Origin: Oscillospiraceae bacterium
Lineage (GTDB): Bacteria > Bacillota > Clostridia > Oscillospirales > CAG-272
Reading direction: 5' to 3'
DNA: 64,000 nt
Assembly: GCA_015064385.1 (NCBI GenBank)
Contig: SVSI01000009.1
Span: 126 to 64,125, forward strand
How positions within the stretch are numbered: the first letter of the stretch is position 1; the number at the start of each line of letters is the position of its first letter. Position numbers and translations under genes: made by a program. The notes beneath the pieces are model-generated. The model did not search any database. It was not told where the DNA came from and worked only from the letters and a program-made list of their open reading frames with translations. Shown piece after piece: positions 25,031-35,029 of the stretch.

Positions 25031-26725
25031 ATGAAATATTCAAAACGAGTGATCTCTATGATACTCGCGGTATCGTTTCTTGCGATAGGTCTTGTCTCGT
25101 GCAAGGACGACAGTGATGAAAACGGCTATATGGCGGAGAACGTTTCTTACGATATAATTTTCCCCGCGGGCTCGGACAAGTCTCTTGAGGCATCTGCCAA
25201 CGCTCTAAAAAACAAAATAGAGCAGATCGCAGGTGTGAAATTTAACGTAAGGGACGACCGTGTCGAGAGCGGCGAGGACGTATCCTCCAAAAAGGAGATA
25301 CTTATAGGAAACACCGACCGTGTTGAGTCAAAAGCACTTCGGGTAAAGCTGGACGGCGTAAACAACGAGAAAGCATTCGCTATTGAGGCAAACGCAAACA
25401 AAATATGTATTATCGGAAAAAATGTCGATATTACCGTTCGCGCGGTGAAATATTTTGTAAATAACTACGTTTCGCTATCAGAAGAAAGCGGTACGCTCAC
25501 GCTCCCTACCGAGCTCAGTATGGCGCGATCTGCCGATACGGGTACTACAATATTCCCCGAAACACTCACCGAGCTTCGCTTCGGTAAAAAGCAAAACGTC
25601 TTTTCAAGCAACGATATCATGTCTGAGAAGAGCTACTATTATCCCACGGCGGTAATACTTGAGCATCAGGCAAACCCTGCTGATAACGGAAAGATAATTG
25701 CCACGCTTAACTCAAGCGAGCATTTTTACAGCATACTTGAAAGCACGGACGACGGCGAAAGCTTCAAGGAAATAACGCAGGTATATGACCGGGTAAACGC
25801 AAACTGTCGCGGAGGAAGAATGCCGATGCTTTACGAGCTTCCCGCCGATATGGGAAGCTATAAGAAGGGAACTCTCGTCCTCGCGGGTACGTCAAGTGCG
25901 CTGACTAGTTCAAGTGATGAAAAGAGCGCTATCGTGATCTATTACAGCGCTGACGCGGGCAAGACGTGGACCGCCGGTCAGAGCATCGATTTCGGTGCGG
26001 GACGTACCGACGGAGACGGCATCTGGGAGCCCTTCCTTATCTATGAGCAGGAAACGGGACGTCTGTACTGCTTTTATTCGGACGACAGAGACAGCGAGCA
26101 CGATCAGAAGATAGTTTATAAATACACCACCGATCTTATAAGCTGGACGGGAGCGGGCGGTGTAGGATCCGATAAGGCACCCTTTGAGGCAGTTGCTTCA
26201 AGCGATTATAAACCCCGTCCCGGTATGGTATCGATAACGAAAATGTCCAACGGCGAGTATATAATGGTTTACGAGGTGGGACACTCCAAATACGGAGACA
26301 GCACGGCAACCGTCCACTTCAAAAAGAGCAAAAAGCTCGACGACTGGTCGGACGTATCGGATATCGGAGAGCAGATAATCAGCGTGGACGGTAGAGCGTT
26401 CGGCTCTGCACCTTGGTGTGCATATACGCCTGTCGGCGGACAAAACGGACTATTTATAACCACGGGACGCTATCGCGACGATAGAAACACCGATCCCTCC
26501 GAGCCCGATCTGTTTATCAGCTTTGACTACGGCGAGACCTTCGTTACTATTGAAAATCCCTTTGATTATGAAAACACCGATCTGCATCTCGGAAAATTCG
26601 GATACAGTCCCTTCTTGCTGACCGCCGGGGACGGAAAAACGATATATTATTTCAATACGTCGTTTTTTAAGCCGCTAAATCAGACGCAGTGCATAGAAAT
26701 GGTGAAAATAGAAATTATCCCGTAA
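25031..26725 (+). CDS. lipoprotein, BNR/Asp-box sialidase-fold (paralog 3)
   Basis: Lipobox LVSC. ESTDDGESF, YSADAGKTW, SFDYGETF. WEPFLIYEQETGRLYCFYSDD. Confidence 0.8.
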   Translation: MKYSKRVISMILAVSFLAIGLVSCKDDSDENGYMAENVSYDIIFPAGSDKSLEASANALKNKIEQIAGVKFNVRDDRVESGEDVSSKKEILIGNTDRVESKALRVKLDGVNNEKAFAIEANANKICIIGKNVDITVRAVKYFVNNYVSLSEESGTLTLPTELSMARSADTGTTIFPETLTELRFGKKQNVFSSNDIMSEKSYYYPTAVILEHQANPADNGKIIATLNSSEHFYSILESTDDGESFKEITQVYDRVNANCRGGRMPMLYELPADMGSYKKGTLVLAGTSSALTSSSDEKSAIVIYYSADAGKTWTAGQSIDFGAGRTDGDGIWEPFLIYEQETGRLYCFYSDDRDSEHDQKIVYKYTTDLISWTGAGGVGSDKAPFEAVASSDYKPRPGMVSITKMSNGEYIMVYEVGHSKYGDSTATVHFKKSKKLDDWSDVSDIGEQIISVDGRAFGSAPWCAYTPVGGQNGLFITTGRYRDDRNTDPSEPDLFISFDYGETFVTIENPFDYENTDLHLGKFGYSPFLLTAGDGKTIYYFNTSFFKPLNQTQCIEMVKIEIIP

Positions 26726-26734
26726 GAACGCACA

Positions 26735-26768
26735 AAAAACGGAGAAAGCAACGCTTTCTCCGTTTTCT
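26735..26768. terminator. bidirectional terminator
   Basis: ACGGAGAAAGC (26739-26749) / GCTTTCTCCGT (26753-26763), flanked by A6 and T-runs. Lies between convergent genes. Confidence 0.85.
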
Positions 26769-27722
26769 TTATATAAGTTGTAAGTATTTGAGAATAAAAG
26801 CGAAAATAAATATCGTGAACGAGCAGAGCACGGTCGTAAACAGTACTATTTGTCGGGCGAGCTCGCCGTCTCCGTGCATTTTTTTCGTCATTACGTAGCT
26901 CGTTACTGCCGTCGGGCTTGCGCCGAGAATTAAGACGACCGCAAGCGCGTCTCCGCGGAATCCCAAAAGTATGGCAGTCAGAATGTACGCCGTCGGAACG
27001 AGGATAAGCTTTATTGCCGTTGCAACTGCCGCCGCGGGTATGATCTTATACTTTTCGCCGTGAGTGTTTATCGCGCCGAGTGAGAGAAGCGCAAGTGGAG
27101 TTGCAATATCTGCGAGATATCCGAGAGAGTTCATAGCTATCTGCGGTATCTTTATTCCGAATATCATAAAGGGCAGGGAAACGAGAACTCCGATAATAAG
27201 CGGTGTGGTTGCTATATTTTTTATCAGCGTGAGAAGAAATCTTCCAAAGGATACCTGCTTTTCTCTCGGTGCGTTAAGCGTGAGAGTGGTAACCGCAAGC
27301 ACGTTTGATATTATCAGCACGAACGGTGTCACACAAGCGAGCGCAACGACTCCCGTGCTGCTGAGCATAGTGTCCGCAAGAACGAATCCGATTATCGAGA
27401 AATTCGCTCTGAACGAGCCGTGCACGAACGCTCCCCGCTTTTCGCGAGGCAGCAGAAAATGTGCGAAGATCGAAATTATTATAAAGGCGGACAATATGAT
27501 CGCTATGCAGTAAAATATCAGCGACGAGTCGGGCAGATCGGAAAGATCTGCGGACGCCAGCTTGCAAAAGACGAATACGGGCAGAGCGAGCTTGTAAACG
27601 AGTGTGTCACAAACGTCGAAAAAGCTTTGCGAAAGCATTTTTCTCGACAGCAGGTTTCCGAGCACTATCATAAAAATTATGGGTGCAACTGCCGAAAGAC
27701 TGTATATAAAGCTGTCAAACAA
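26769..27722 (-). CDS. AEC (auxin efflux carrier) family permease
   Basis: 317 aa with about 10 TM helices in two halves separated by a loop. General resemblance to the AEC/membrane transport family. Confidence 0.7.
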   Translation of the reverse strand: MFDSFIYSLSAVAPIIFMIVLGNLLSRKMLSQSFFDVCDTLVYKLALPVFVFCKLASADLSDLPDSSLIFYCIAIILSAFIIISIFAHFLLPREKRGAFVHGSFRANFSIIGFVLADTMLSSTGVVALACVTPFVLIISNVLAVTTLTLNAPREKQVSFGRFLLTLIKNIATTPLIIGVLVSLPFMIFGIKIPQIAMNSLGYLADIATPLALLSLGAINTHGEKYKIIPAAAVATAIKLILVPTAYILTAILLGFRGDALAVVLILGASPTAVTSYVMTKKMHGDGELARQIVLFTTVLCSFTIFIFAFILKYLQLI

Positions 27723-27743
27723 TTAAACTCTCATCTCTTTTCT

Positions 27744-30134
27744 TTATTTGAGCTCGACTATCGTAACTCCGGTGTCGCCCTCGCCCCAATTACCGAGGCG
27801 ATAGGATTTTATTCTTTTGTCCGTTCTGAAGAATTCCCAAAGATACTTTTTGAGCGCTCCCGTGCCTTTTCCGTGGATCACGCGGAGCGTGGATATTCCC
27901 GCGACGGTGGCGTCGTCAAAATATTTGTCAAGCTCGAGGCGTGCCTCCTCGCCGTTTCTTCCGCGAAGGTCGATCTCGGGTGAAAAGTTCTTCGTGATAG
28001 ACTCGGAAACGACCGGAGTGGGTATCCGTTTTTTCTTTTCTTTTGTGTATATAACGCCCTCTGCATCCTCGCAGAGCATCAGGTTTTTAAGCGACGTTTT
28101 GAGCGTCATAACTCCCGCGCGTACGGAAACGTTTCCGTCCTTATCGGGCTTATCTGCGACCACGCCCTGCTGATTTATGTCGATAAGAATTACCGCGTCA
28201 CCCTTTTTCAGCTCTCTCGGCAGAACGTAGTTTTCTGCCTTGTGTTCGATAACGGGATCTATCTTGTCGCGGCTTTCGCGAAGGGAAGATCTTATATTTG
28301 CGCGCGCTCTTTCAAATTCTCCCGATGCCTTTGAGCGCTCGACTGCCTTTTTCGCCTTTTCAAGCTCTCTCATAACGTAGTCGGAGGTTGCGCGTGCGTT
28401 TTCTATTATCTCTGCCGCCTTGGCAAGGACTCGCTCCTTTTCGCGCTCTGCTACGGCAAGATCTGCTGCCGCCTTGCTCTTTGCGCTTATGAGAAGCTCC
28501 TCGTGCTCGCGGCGAAGCTTTTCTGCCTCTTCAAGCTTTCGCTCGCTCTCGATACGGTCTGCCTCCAGCTTTTCGATAACGTTTTCAAAGCGCTTGTTGT
28601 CGTCGTCTATAAGCGAGTGTGCTCGCTCTATCACGCGGCTGTTCAGACCAAGCCGTGCGGCGATAGCAAAGGCGTTCGATTTTCCGGGCGCACCTATTAT
28701 GAGGCGGAAGGTGGGAGAGAGCGTTTTTACGTCAAACTCGCACGCCGCATTGCATACACCCTCGGTCTCAAGGGCATACACCTTCATTTCGGAATAGTGA
28801 GTAGTCGATGCCGACCACGCACCCTTTTCGCGCACCATTTCGGTTATTGCAACCGCAAGGGCGGCACCCTCAACGGGATCGGTACCCGCGCCGAGCTCGT
28901 CGAAAAGAACGAGACTGCTCGTGTCCGCCTTGTCCAGTATTGAAACTATCGTTTTCATATGTGCCGAGAAGGTCGAGAGCGACTGCTCTATGCTTTGCTC
29001 GTCGCCGATGTCGGCAAGCACCTTTTCAAAAACGCGGATGCGCGAGCCCTCCTTTGCGGGAAGGTGCATTCCGCTTTGTGCCATAAGGGTGAAAAGTCCG
29101 AGTGTTTTGAGAGATACCGTCTTACCGCCCGTGTTCGGTCCGGTAATGACGAGCGTATCGAAATCCTCTCCGAGCTTTATATCTATCGGTACCGCCTTGT
29201 TTTTGTCAAGCAGGGGATGACGTGCGCCGAGAAGGTCGATAACGTCTGAAATTACGGGTTCGGTGGCGCGCATTCGCCAGGAGAGCTCGGCGCGCGCGAA
29301 TATCGAATCGAGAAGGATTATATTTGAGTAGTTGAGAATAAGTGCGGATGCAAAGCTTGCAACCTCGCCCGAAAGAACGGTGAGAATACGCTCTATTTCA
29401 GCGCGCTCCTCGGCTTCGAGGCGGCGAAGATCGTTGTTTGCCTCCACTACCGCTACCGGCTCGATAAAGAGGGTAGCGCCCGAAGCGGATGCATCGTGAA
29501 CGAGTCCGCTGATCTCCGATTTGTGCTCCACCTTTACGGGGATAACGTATCTTCCGTTACGCATGGTAACTATGTTGTCCTGAAGTGTTTTTGAGTATTT
29601 CGGACTCGTGATGTATCCTTGAAGCATATCACGGATACGGTTGTTGGTATTTCTTATGTTTCGTCTGATAGCGGCAAGCTGGGGCGTTGCATCGTCCGAC
29701 ACGGTGTCCTCTGAAATGATTATGCGCTTTATTTCCTTTTCGAGAGTCGGATTTTTGAATATTCTGTCAAATATCTCGCCGAGAGAGCCGCACTCTGCGT
29801 TTTTTGTGTTGGAATATGCAACGAGTCCGGACGAAACGTAGAGAAGATCGGCAATATCAAGCAGCTCGCGAAGGGAAAGGACGGCGCCCTTTTCGGCACG
29901 CTCAACGCTGTCACGGACGTCCTTGACTCCGCCAAAGGAAGGAGATCCGTTCATTGAAGTCATGTGCTTTGCATCGCTGGTCTGCGTGAGAAGCTTCTGC
30001 ACCCGCGCACTGTCCGTTTCGGGAATATACGCGCCGATAAGACCCTTTGCTCCCTCGCTCGAAGCGCATTCGGCGAGCATTGAAAGGATCTTGTCGTATT
30101 CAAGAGTTTTAAGTGCTTTAGTAAAGTTTCCCAT
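27744..30134 (-). CDS. mutS2: endonuclease MutS2
   Basis: 796 aa. Walker A GPNTGGKTV, MutS signature STFSAHM, DELGAGTDP, long coiled coil, and a C-terminal Smr domain (IDLRGRNGEEA...VIHGKGTGALK). Confidence 0.95.
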   Translation of the reverse strand: MGNFTKALKTLEYDKILSMLAECASSEGAKGLIGAYIPETDSARVQKLLTQTSDAKHMTSMNGSPSFGGVKDVRDSVERAEKGAVLSLRELLDIADLLYVSSGLVAYSNTKNAECGSLGEIFDRIFKNPTLEKEIKRIIISEDTVSDDATPQLAAIRRNIRNTNNRIRDMLQGYITSPKYSKTLQDNIVTMRNGRYVIPVKVEHKSEISGLVHDASASGATLFIEPVAVVEANNDLRRLEAEERAEIERILTVLSGEVASFASALILNYSNIILLDSIFARAELSWRMRATEPVISDVIDLLGARHPLLDKNKAVPIDIKLGEDFDTLVITGPNTGGKTVSLKTLGLFTLMAQSGMHLPAKEGSRIRVFEKVLADIGDEQSIEQSLSTFSAHMKTIVSILDKADTSSLVLFDELGAGTDPVEGAALAVAITEMVREKGAWSASTTHYSEMKVYALETEGVCNAACEFDVKTLSPTFRLIIGAPGKSNAFAIAARLGLNSRVIERAHSLIDDDNKRFENVIEKLEADRIESERKLEEAEKLRREHEELLISAKSKAAADLAVAEREKERVLAKAAEIIENARATSDYVMRELEKAKKAVERSKASGEFERARANIRSSLRESRDKIDPVIEHKAENYVLPRELKKGDAVILIDINQQGVVADKPDKDGNVSVRAGVMTLKTSLKNLMLCEDAEGVIYTKEKKKRIPTPVVSESITKNFSPEIDLRGRNGEEARLELDKYFDDATVAGISTLRVIHGKGTGALKKYLWEFFRTDKRIKSYRLGNWGEGDTGVTIVELK

Positions 30135-30148
30135 TTTAATTATGCCTT

Positions 30149-30907
30149 TTAGAGTGATTTGTAAAAATTCAGCGAATCAAAGCCGCGCCCGACCTGTGCA
30201 AGAAGATATTTTTCGCAAACGTCGGAAAGATCGTCAAGAAGCTCGGTCTCTGCCGTGAAGGCGAAGATACGCTTTCTGTTTGCGCCGATTATAAATTCCA
30301 TAGCACGCAGAACATGTCTGCGCAGCAGAAGATAGGCGCGCTCCTGACCGACGTTGCCGACACCCGAGAGAAAGCAGTCGGAGCAACGTACCGTTCCGCC
30401 GATAGGATCGAAATAGTATTCGTTTTCGACCTTGGAGCAAACGTCACAGCCCGAAAGATCGGGGGTGAGACCGATCGCGCAGAGCGCGCGAAGCTCAAAA
30501 ACGCTTTTTACGAGCGTTGCGCTCTTGTCTGTGGTCAGAGTATAAAGAGTGTTCAGCGCAAGCGATAAAAGCTCGCTCTGATCCTCGTTTTCTATCGATA
30601 TCTCGCATAAAACGTCCGCAAAATACTGCGCGAGGGCAAATTTTACGATGTCTGCGCGGATATCAAAAAAGTTTTCTATGAGAGCCGCCTCTCCCAAGGT
30701 GTACTTGTCCGCTTTGGGAATAAGCGTTATCTCATCGTAGCAAAAAAGCTGTGCGGCGGCTATACGGTGACTTTTTATACTCCGCACGCCCCTGCAATAC
30801 ACCGATATTTTTCCTATATCGGGGGTCAGAACAGTAAGTATCTTGTCACTCTCTCCGACTGCCGTCTCGCGAATCACAAGACCTTTCGTTTTTATCGGCT
30901 CTGCCAT
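30149..30907 (-). CDS. recO: DNA repair protein RecO
   Basis: 252 aa. OB-fold N-terminus (KGLVIRETAVGESDKILTVLT) and a Cys4 zinc motif (CDVC...CSDC). Confidence 0.9.
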   Translation of the reverse strand: MAEPIKTKGLVIRETAVGESDKILTVLTPDIGKISVYCRGVRSIKSHRIAAAQLFCYDEITLIPKADKYTLGEAALIENFFDIRADIVKFALAQYFADVLCEISIENEDQSELLSLALNTLYTLTTDKSATLVKSVFELRALCAIGLTPDLSGCDVCSKVENEYYFDPIGGTVRCSDCFLSGVGNVGQERAYLLLRRHVLRAMEFIIGANRKRIFAFTAETELLDDLSDVCEKYLLAQVGRGFDSLNFYKSL

Positions 30908-30911
30908 AAGG

Positions 30912-31832
30912 TCAGTCTTCGTTCTTGAAGCCGAAATTGTTTATGATAATATCGCTGTCTCGCCAATTTTCCTTGACCTTGACCCAAATATCAAGGAAAA
31001 TTTTCGTTCCGAAGAATTTTTCCATATCTTCGCGGGCGTAAGAGGCGATCTTTTTGAGCGTTTCGCCTTTTTTACCGATTATTATTCCTTTGTGGTTTTC
31101 ACGCTCGCAGAATATTTCGGCGCGGATGCTTATTAGCGTTTTTTCGTCCTTAAAGTCTTCTATTATTACCGCCGTTCCGTGAGGGATCTCGTTGTCGAGA
31201 AGGCGGAGAAGCTTTTCGCGGATGATCTCTGCCGCGATCTGCTTTTCGGGCTGATCGGTAAGCTCGTCGCTGTCAAAGAACCATTCTCCCTCAGAAAGCA
31301 GCTTGGACGCCTCCGAGATAACTATCTCAACGCCGTCGTTTTTAAGCGCTGAGATCGGTACTACCGACGCAAAATCGCAAAGCTCTGCGTAAGCGCGGAT
31401 GGTTTGTCCGATCTGCTCGTGCGAGCAAGCGTCGGTCTTGTTAAGTACGAGAATTATCGGAAGCTCAAGTGCATTCAGACGGCTTATCAGCATAGTTTCT
31501 ATATCACCGGGCGCATACGATGCATCAGCAACGAGAATTGCCGCGTCAACGTCTCCGATAGCGCCGTTTATTGAGCGTACCATAAACTGTCCGAGCTTGG
31601 TCTTCGGCTTGTGCATACCGGGAGTATCGAGGAACACGAATTGATCTGCACCTCTTGTGAGTATTCCCGTGATACGCGTTCTCGTGGTCTGCGGTTTCTT
31701 TGAAACTATCGCAACCTTTTCGCCGAGCATTGCGTTTAGCAGGGTGGATTTTCCAACGTTGGGACGTCCGACTATGGCGATAAATCCGGTACGCTCGGTA
31801 GTGTTCTGAATGTCGTTTGTAGTATTTTTCAT
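30912..31832 (-). CDS. era: GTPase Era
   Basis: GRPNVGKSTLLN, DTPG, NKTD, and a C-terminal KH domain (IIGKKGETLK). Confidence 0.95.
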   Translation of the reverse strand: MKNTTNDIQNTTERTGFIAIVGRPNVGKSTLLNAMLGEKVAIVSKKPQTTRTRITGILTRGADQFVFLDTPGMHKPKTKLGQFMVRSINGAIGDVDAAILVADASYAPGDIETMLISRLNALELPIILVLNKTDACSHEQIGQTIRAYAELCDFASVVPISALKNDGVEIVISEASKLLSEGEWFFDSDELTDQPEKQIAAEIIREKLLRLLDNEIPHGTAVIIEDFKDEKTLISIRAEIFCERENHKGIIIGKKGETLKKIASYAREDMEKFFGTKIFLDIWVKVKENWRDSDIIINNFGFKNED

Positions 31833-31867
31833 ATTTCTGTTTTCCGGAGAGTCGCTCCGGCGCTCCT

Positions 31868-32380
31868 TTATTTTACCGATTTTTCGGTTTCTTTTTTTCT
31901 TGGAAGTCCCATTATCTCAAGGATCATCTCCTGGCGGTCAAACATTGCCTTTTCGTCCTCTGCGGACGTTTCGTGATCGTATCCGAGAAGATGCAGGACC
32001 GAATGCACAGTGAGAAACGCGATCTCTCGCTCGATCGTATGACCGTATTCCTTCGCCTGACGCACTGCGGTCTCGTACGAGATAACTATATCTCCGAGAA
32101 TAGCACGGCCTACGCCGAAATCCTCGTCAAAAACGGGAAAGGAAAGAACGTCGGTAGGTCTGTCCACTCCGCGCGACTCGCGGTTCATCTCGTGAATGAT
32201 CGCATCGTTTGTCAGAGTGACGGATATTTCGGTCATACGCGCGAAATCCTCATACTCAAGAGAGGTGTCGATCGCATTTTTAATGGTGGCCATGAGCTTT
32301 TTCGTCAGTACGGACGGCTCGTTGTCGTCAGAAATATAGATCTTGTTTTTAGCGTGATGTTTTCTGAAAAAACCAAACAT
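31868..32380 (-). CDS. ybeY: rRNA maturation RNase YbeY
   Basis: HSVLHLLGYDH zinc motif, and TDVLSFP. Confidence 0.9.
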   Translation of the reverse strand: MFGFFRKHHAKNKIYISDDNEPSVLTKKLMATIKNAIDTSLEYEDFARMTEISVTLTNDAIIHEMNRESRGVDRPTDVLSFPVFDEDFGVGRAILGDIVISYETAVRQAKEYGHTIEREIAFLTVHSVLHLLGYDHETSAEDEKAMFDRQEMILEIMGLPRKKETEKSVK

Positions 32381-32397
32381 TTGTGTTCTCCTGAAAT

Positions 32398-33426
32398 TTA
32401 CTTTTTTTCTGTGTCCGAGAGCTTAAAACGCTTTGGACTGTCATTTTCTTTATTTGCTGCTTTTTCTCTGTCGTGTTTATCGTACGCAAGTATTATTTCT
32501 CTTACGAGACGGTGACGTACCACGTCGCGCTCGTTAAATCGGTGAACGTGAATGTCGTCTATCTCGGAGAGTATTGAGACTGCCTCCTTAAGTCCGCTTC
32601 TCATACCGCGCGGCAGGTCGGTCTGCGTAAGGTCTCCCGTAACTACCGCCTTTGAGTTGTTACCAAGACGTGTGAGAAACATCTTCATCTGTTCGGGCGT
32701 GGTATTTTGCGCCTCGTCGAGAATGATAAAGCAGTCGTCCAGCGTTCTTCCGCGCATATATGCGAGCGGTGCGACCTCAACTATTCCTTTTTCGACGTTT
32801 CGCAGATAATTTTCAGAGCCCATAGTCTCGTAAAGAGCGTCGTAAAGCGGGCGCAGATAGGGATCTATCTTGCTTTGGAGGTCGCCCGGAAGATATCCGA
32901 GACGCTCTCCCGCCTCGACCGCCGGTCGCGTAAGGATTATTCTCGATATCTCGTGACGTCGCAGAGCGCTGACCGCCATTGCGACCGCAAGAAAGGTCTT
33001 CCCGGTACCCGCAGGGCCTATTCCGAACACGAGGGTGTTCTTCTTTATCGCGTTTACGTATTTCTTTTGCCCGACCGTTTTTGCCTTTATCGGTTTTCCT
33101 TTGGCGGTTATACAAACGCAGTCGGAATCGAACTCGCTGAGCTCGTCGGCTTTGCCGTCCTCGACCATGCCCATAGTGTATTCTACCTTTTGGGCGGATA
33201 TTTCCTCGCCGAGCACCGAGATGCGCTTTAAGTAATTTATAACGGTCAGCGCGTGATTGACCGATCTCTCGTCCTCGCCCGACACGGAAAGGCGATTTTC
33301 ACCCCCGAGACTGTGCGTGATGCGCACACCAAAATGCTTTTCAATAAGCTCACAGTTTTTGTCGTAGCTTCCGAGTATCGCGGAGAGCTGCTCGGCAGAG
33401 TCTATCGGTATTATTTTTTCGGTCAT
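32398..33426 (-). CDS. phoH: PhoH family ATPase
   Basis: GPAGTGKTFLAVA Walker A, ILDEAQN Walker B, GDLTQTDLP. Confidence 0.9.
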   Translation of the reverse strand: MTEKIIPIDSAEQLSAILGSYDKNCELIEKHFGVRITHSLGGENRLSVSGEDERSVNHALTVINYLKRISVLGEEISAQKVEYTMGMVEDGKADELSEFDSDCVCITAKGKPIKAKTVGQKKYVNAIKKNTLVFGIGPAGTGKTFLAVAMAVSALRRHEISRIILTRPAVEAGERLGYLPGDLQSKIDPYLRPLYDALYETMGSENYLRNVEKGIVEVAPLAYMRGRTLDDCFIILDEAQNTTPEQMKMFLTRLGNNSKAVVTGDLTQTDLPRGMRSGLKEAVSILSEIDDIHVHRFNERDVVRHRLVREIILAYDKHDREKAANKENDSPKRFKLSDTEKK

Positions 33427-33452
33427 CTAAAAATGCTCCTTTGAGTAAAAAT

Positions 33453-34697
33453 TCAGCCATCCGATGAAAACAGAGGTGTTTCAACGGCTATATCGCGTAT
33501 GCAGCCGATACTGCACTTTAGGGTGTATATTCCGTCTTCGCAGTACGCCTCAACACTTTTTGAAAGCAGGGTCCCTTCGTCTCCGAGGAGAGAAGATATC
33601 TTTTCTGCGAGCTCTTTTTCGGCGAGCTCTGCCGCCTGACTTTCGCTGAGTGAGATCTCCCGCTCGACGTACTCCTTAAAGACCGTGTTTTTAATACACA
33701 CGGGCAGAACCTTTTCACCCGGCAACTCGATATACTTATACACTTCTATTATATCACAACTATTATACGAATTTCTACCCATTAAGAAAAAATTTATTGC
33801 TTTTGAGAAGAAAATAAGCGATTTTTTTTGATGATTTTCGCCGGTATAGTGCTTTTCGGTGACCGTCATAGGAATTTCAACCGTTATTTGCTCGCTTGTG
33901 ATGGCAAAAACCTTACCCTTTGAGCGCTCGAATCGGTAGGACGGATTTTCAATATAGACCCCCTCGATTCCCGAGAGCTCGTTGTCAACGAGCCCGCTGA
34001 CGAGTATCTGCCCGCGAAGAACGCTCTCTCCGCCGTAAACGAGACGTTGACCTCCGAGCGTCTCGACTCGGTAGATAAGACCATCACACGCAGCTACGAG
34101 ATTTGACGGACGCTCGCCTTCGCTCTCGGGACGCGCGTTCTTTTCACGTACCACCACCTGAAGGCGGTTACCGACAGCGTTTATCCTTATCCACGATAGC
34201 TTATCGTTTTCGAGCAGATAATCGGTGCAGATAGCGTACGTGTCGAGCGAGTCGATATAGGCACCGTGCCTGACGCCGTATCTTTCAAGATCGGAAATTA
34301 TCTCTGCCGCCTTTACCGTTTCGTTGCCGGTGACGCTTATTTCCCATACCACGCGTTCGGAAACGACGCATAGCGTGAGCACGGTCAGAAGTCCCAAAAC
34401 CAGACCGTATCTGCGCGAAAGCGCTATTATCGGGGCAGGAAGGCCCTTTGCTCCCGATACGGAAAATACAACGTCCTGATCCGACAGGATCTGCGAAACT
34501 TTTTTTCTGCTCCCGAGATAAATGAGAAAGCTGACTCCGGAATCCGTGTTTTTCATTTTTGTAAAGCGGATTCCGAGCGTGAGAAGAGCGTTTAACGTCT
34601 TTTCAAACGAGTCCTTTACCCTTACCTCGCAGTAGCCGAAGAAGAACATAAGTATCATATCGGCAATATTTATATAGGTCCGCGTTCTTTTTTTCAT
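33453..34697 (-). CDS. yqfD: sporulation protein YqfD
   Basis: 414 aa with a central TM helix. Position after yqfC and before phoH is as in Bacillus, and overall resemblance to YqfD. Start overlaps the yqfC stop by 4 nt. Confidence 0.8.
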   Translation of the reverse strand: MKKRTRTYINIADMILMFFFGYCEVRVKDSFEKTLNALLTLGIRFTKMKNTDSGVSFLIYLGSRKKVSQILSDQDVVFSVSGAKGLPAPIIALSRRYGLVLGLLTVLTLCVVSERVVWEISVTGNETVKAAEIISDLERYGVRHGAYIDSLDTYAICTDYLLENDKLSWIRINAVGNRLQVVVREKNARPESEGERPSNLVAACDGLIYRVETLGGQRLVYGGESVLRGQILVSGLVDNELSGIEGVYIENPSYRFERSKGKVFAITSEQITVEIPMTVTEKHYTGENHQKKSLIFFSKAINFFLMGRNSYNSCDIIEVYKYIELPGEKVLPVCIKNTVFKEYVEREISLSESQAAELAEKELAEKISSLLGDEGTLLSKSVEAYCEDGIYTLKCSIGCIRDIAVETPLFSSDG

Positions 34698-34927
34698 AGC
34701 TTCTCCCCTTTAAGCAAAACACCCTCGACTTTGCCGCCGATCTGTATTTCGTCCCCGAAAAAGTCGCAGAGCGTAAGGCCCTGTCCGCAAACGGTTACAG
34801 ATCCGCCGTGCAGGGTGACCTCTATTTTTTCGGGAGTGTATTCATTTATCCTTTTGCAGTCGGAAATAAGGACTCTTTTGCCGTTTTCTATTACTATGTG
34901 ATAGGTGCTGTGCAGCGGTCTTTTCAC
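34694..34927 (-). CDS. yqfC: YabP/YqfC family sporulation protein
   Basis: 77 aa with a GTG start. ...TVCGQGLTLCDFFGDEIQIGGKVEGV... is typical of the YabP/YqfC family. Immediately upstream of yqfD. Confidence 0.8.
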   Translation of the reverse strand: MKRPLHSTYHIVIENGKRVLISDCKRINEYTPEKIEVTLHGGSVTVCGQGLTLCDFFGDEIQIGGKVEGVLLKGEKL

Positions 34928-35029
34928 AAGAATAAACCTCCGTTTTGTAAAATATAATTACTCGTGAACTTTACAGATTACATTCTATTCGTAACGGTAT
35001 TTTTTAATTACCCTGCAAGGAGGTGCAAA

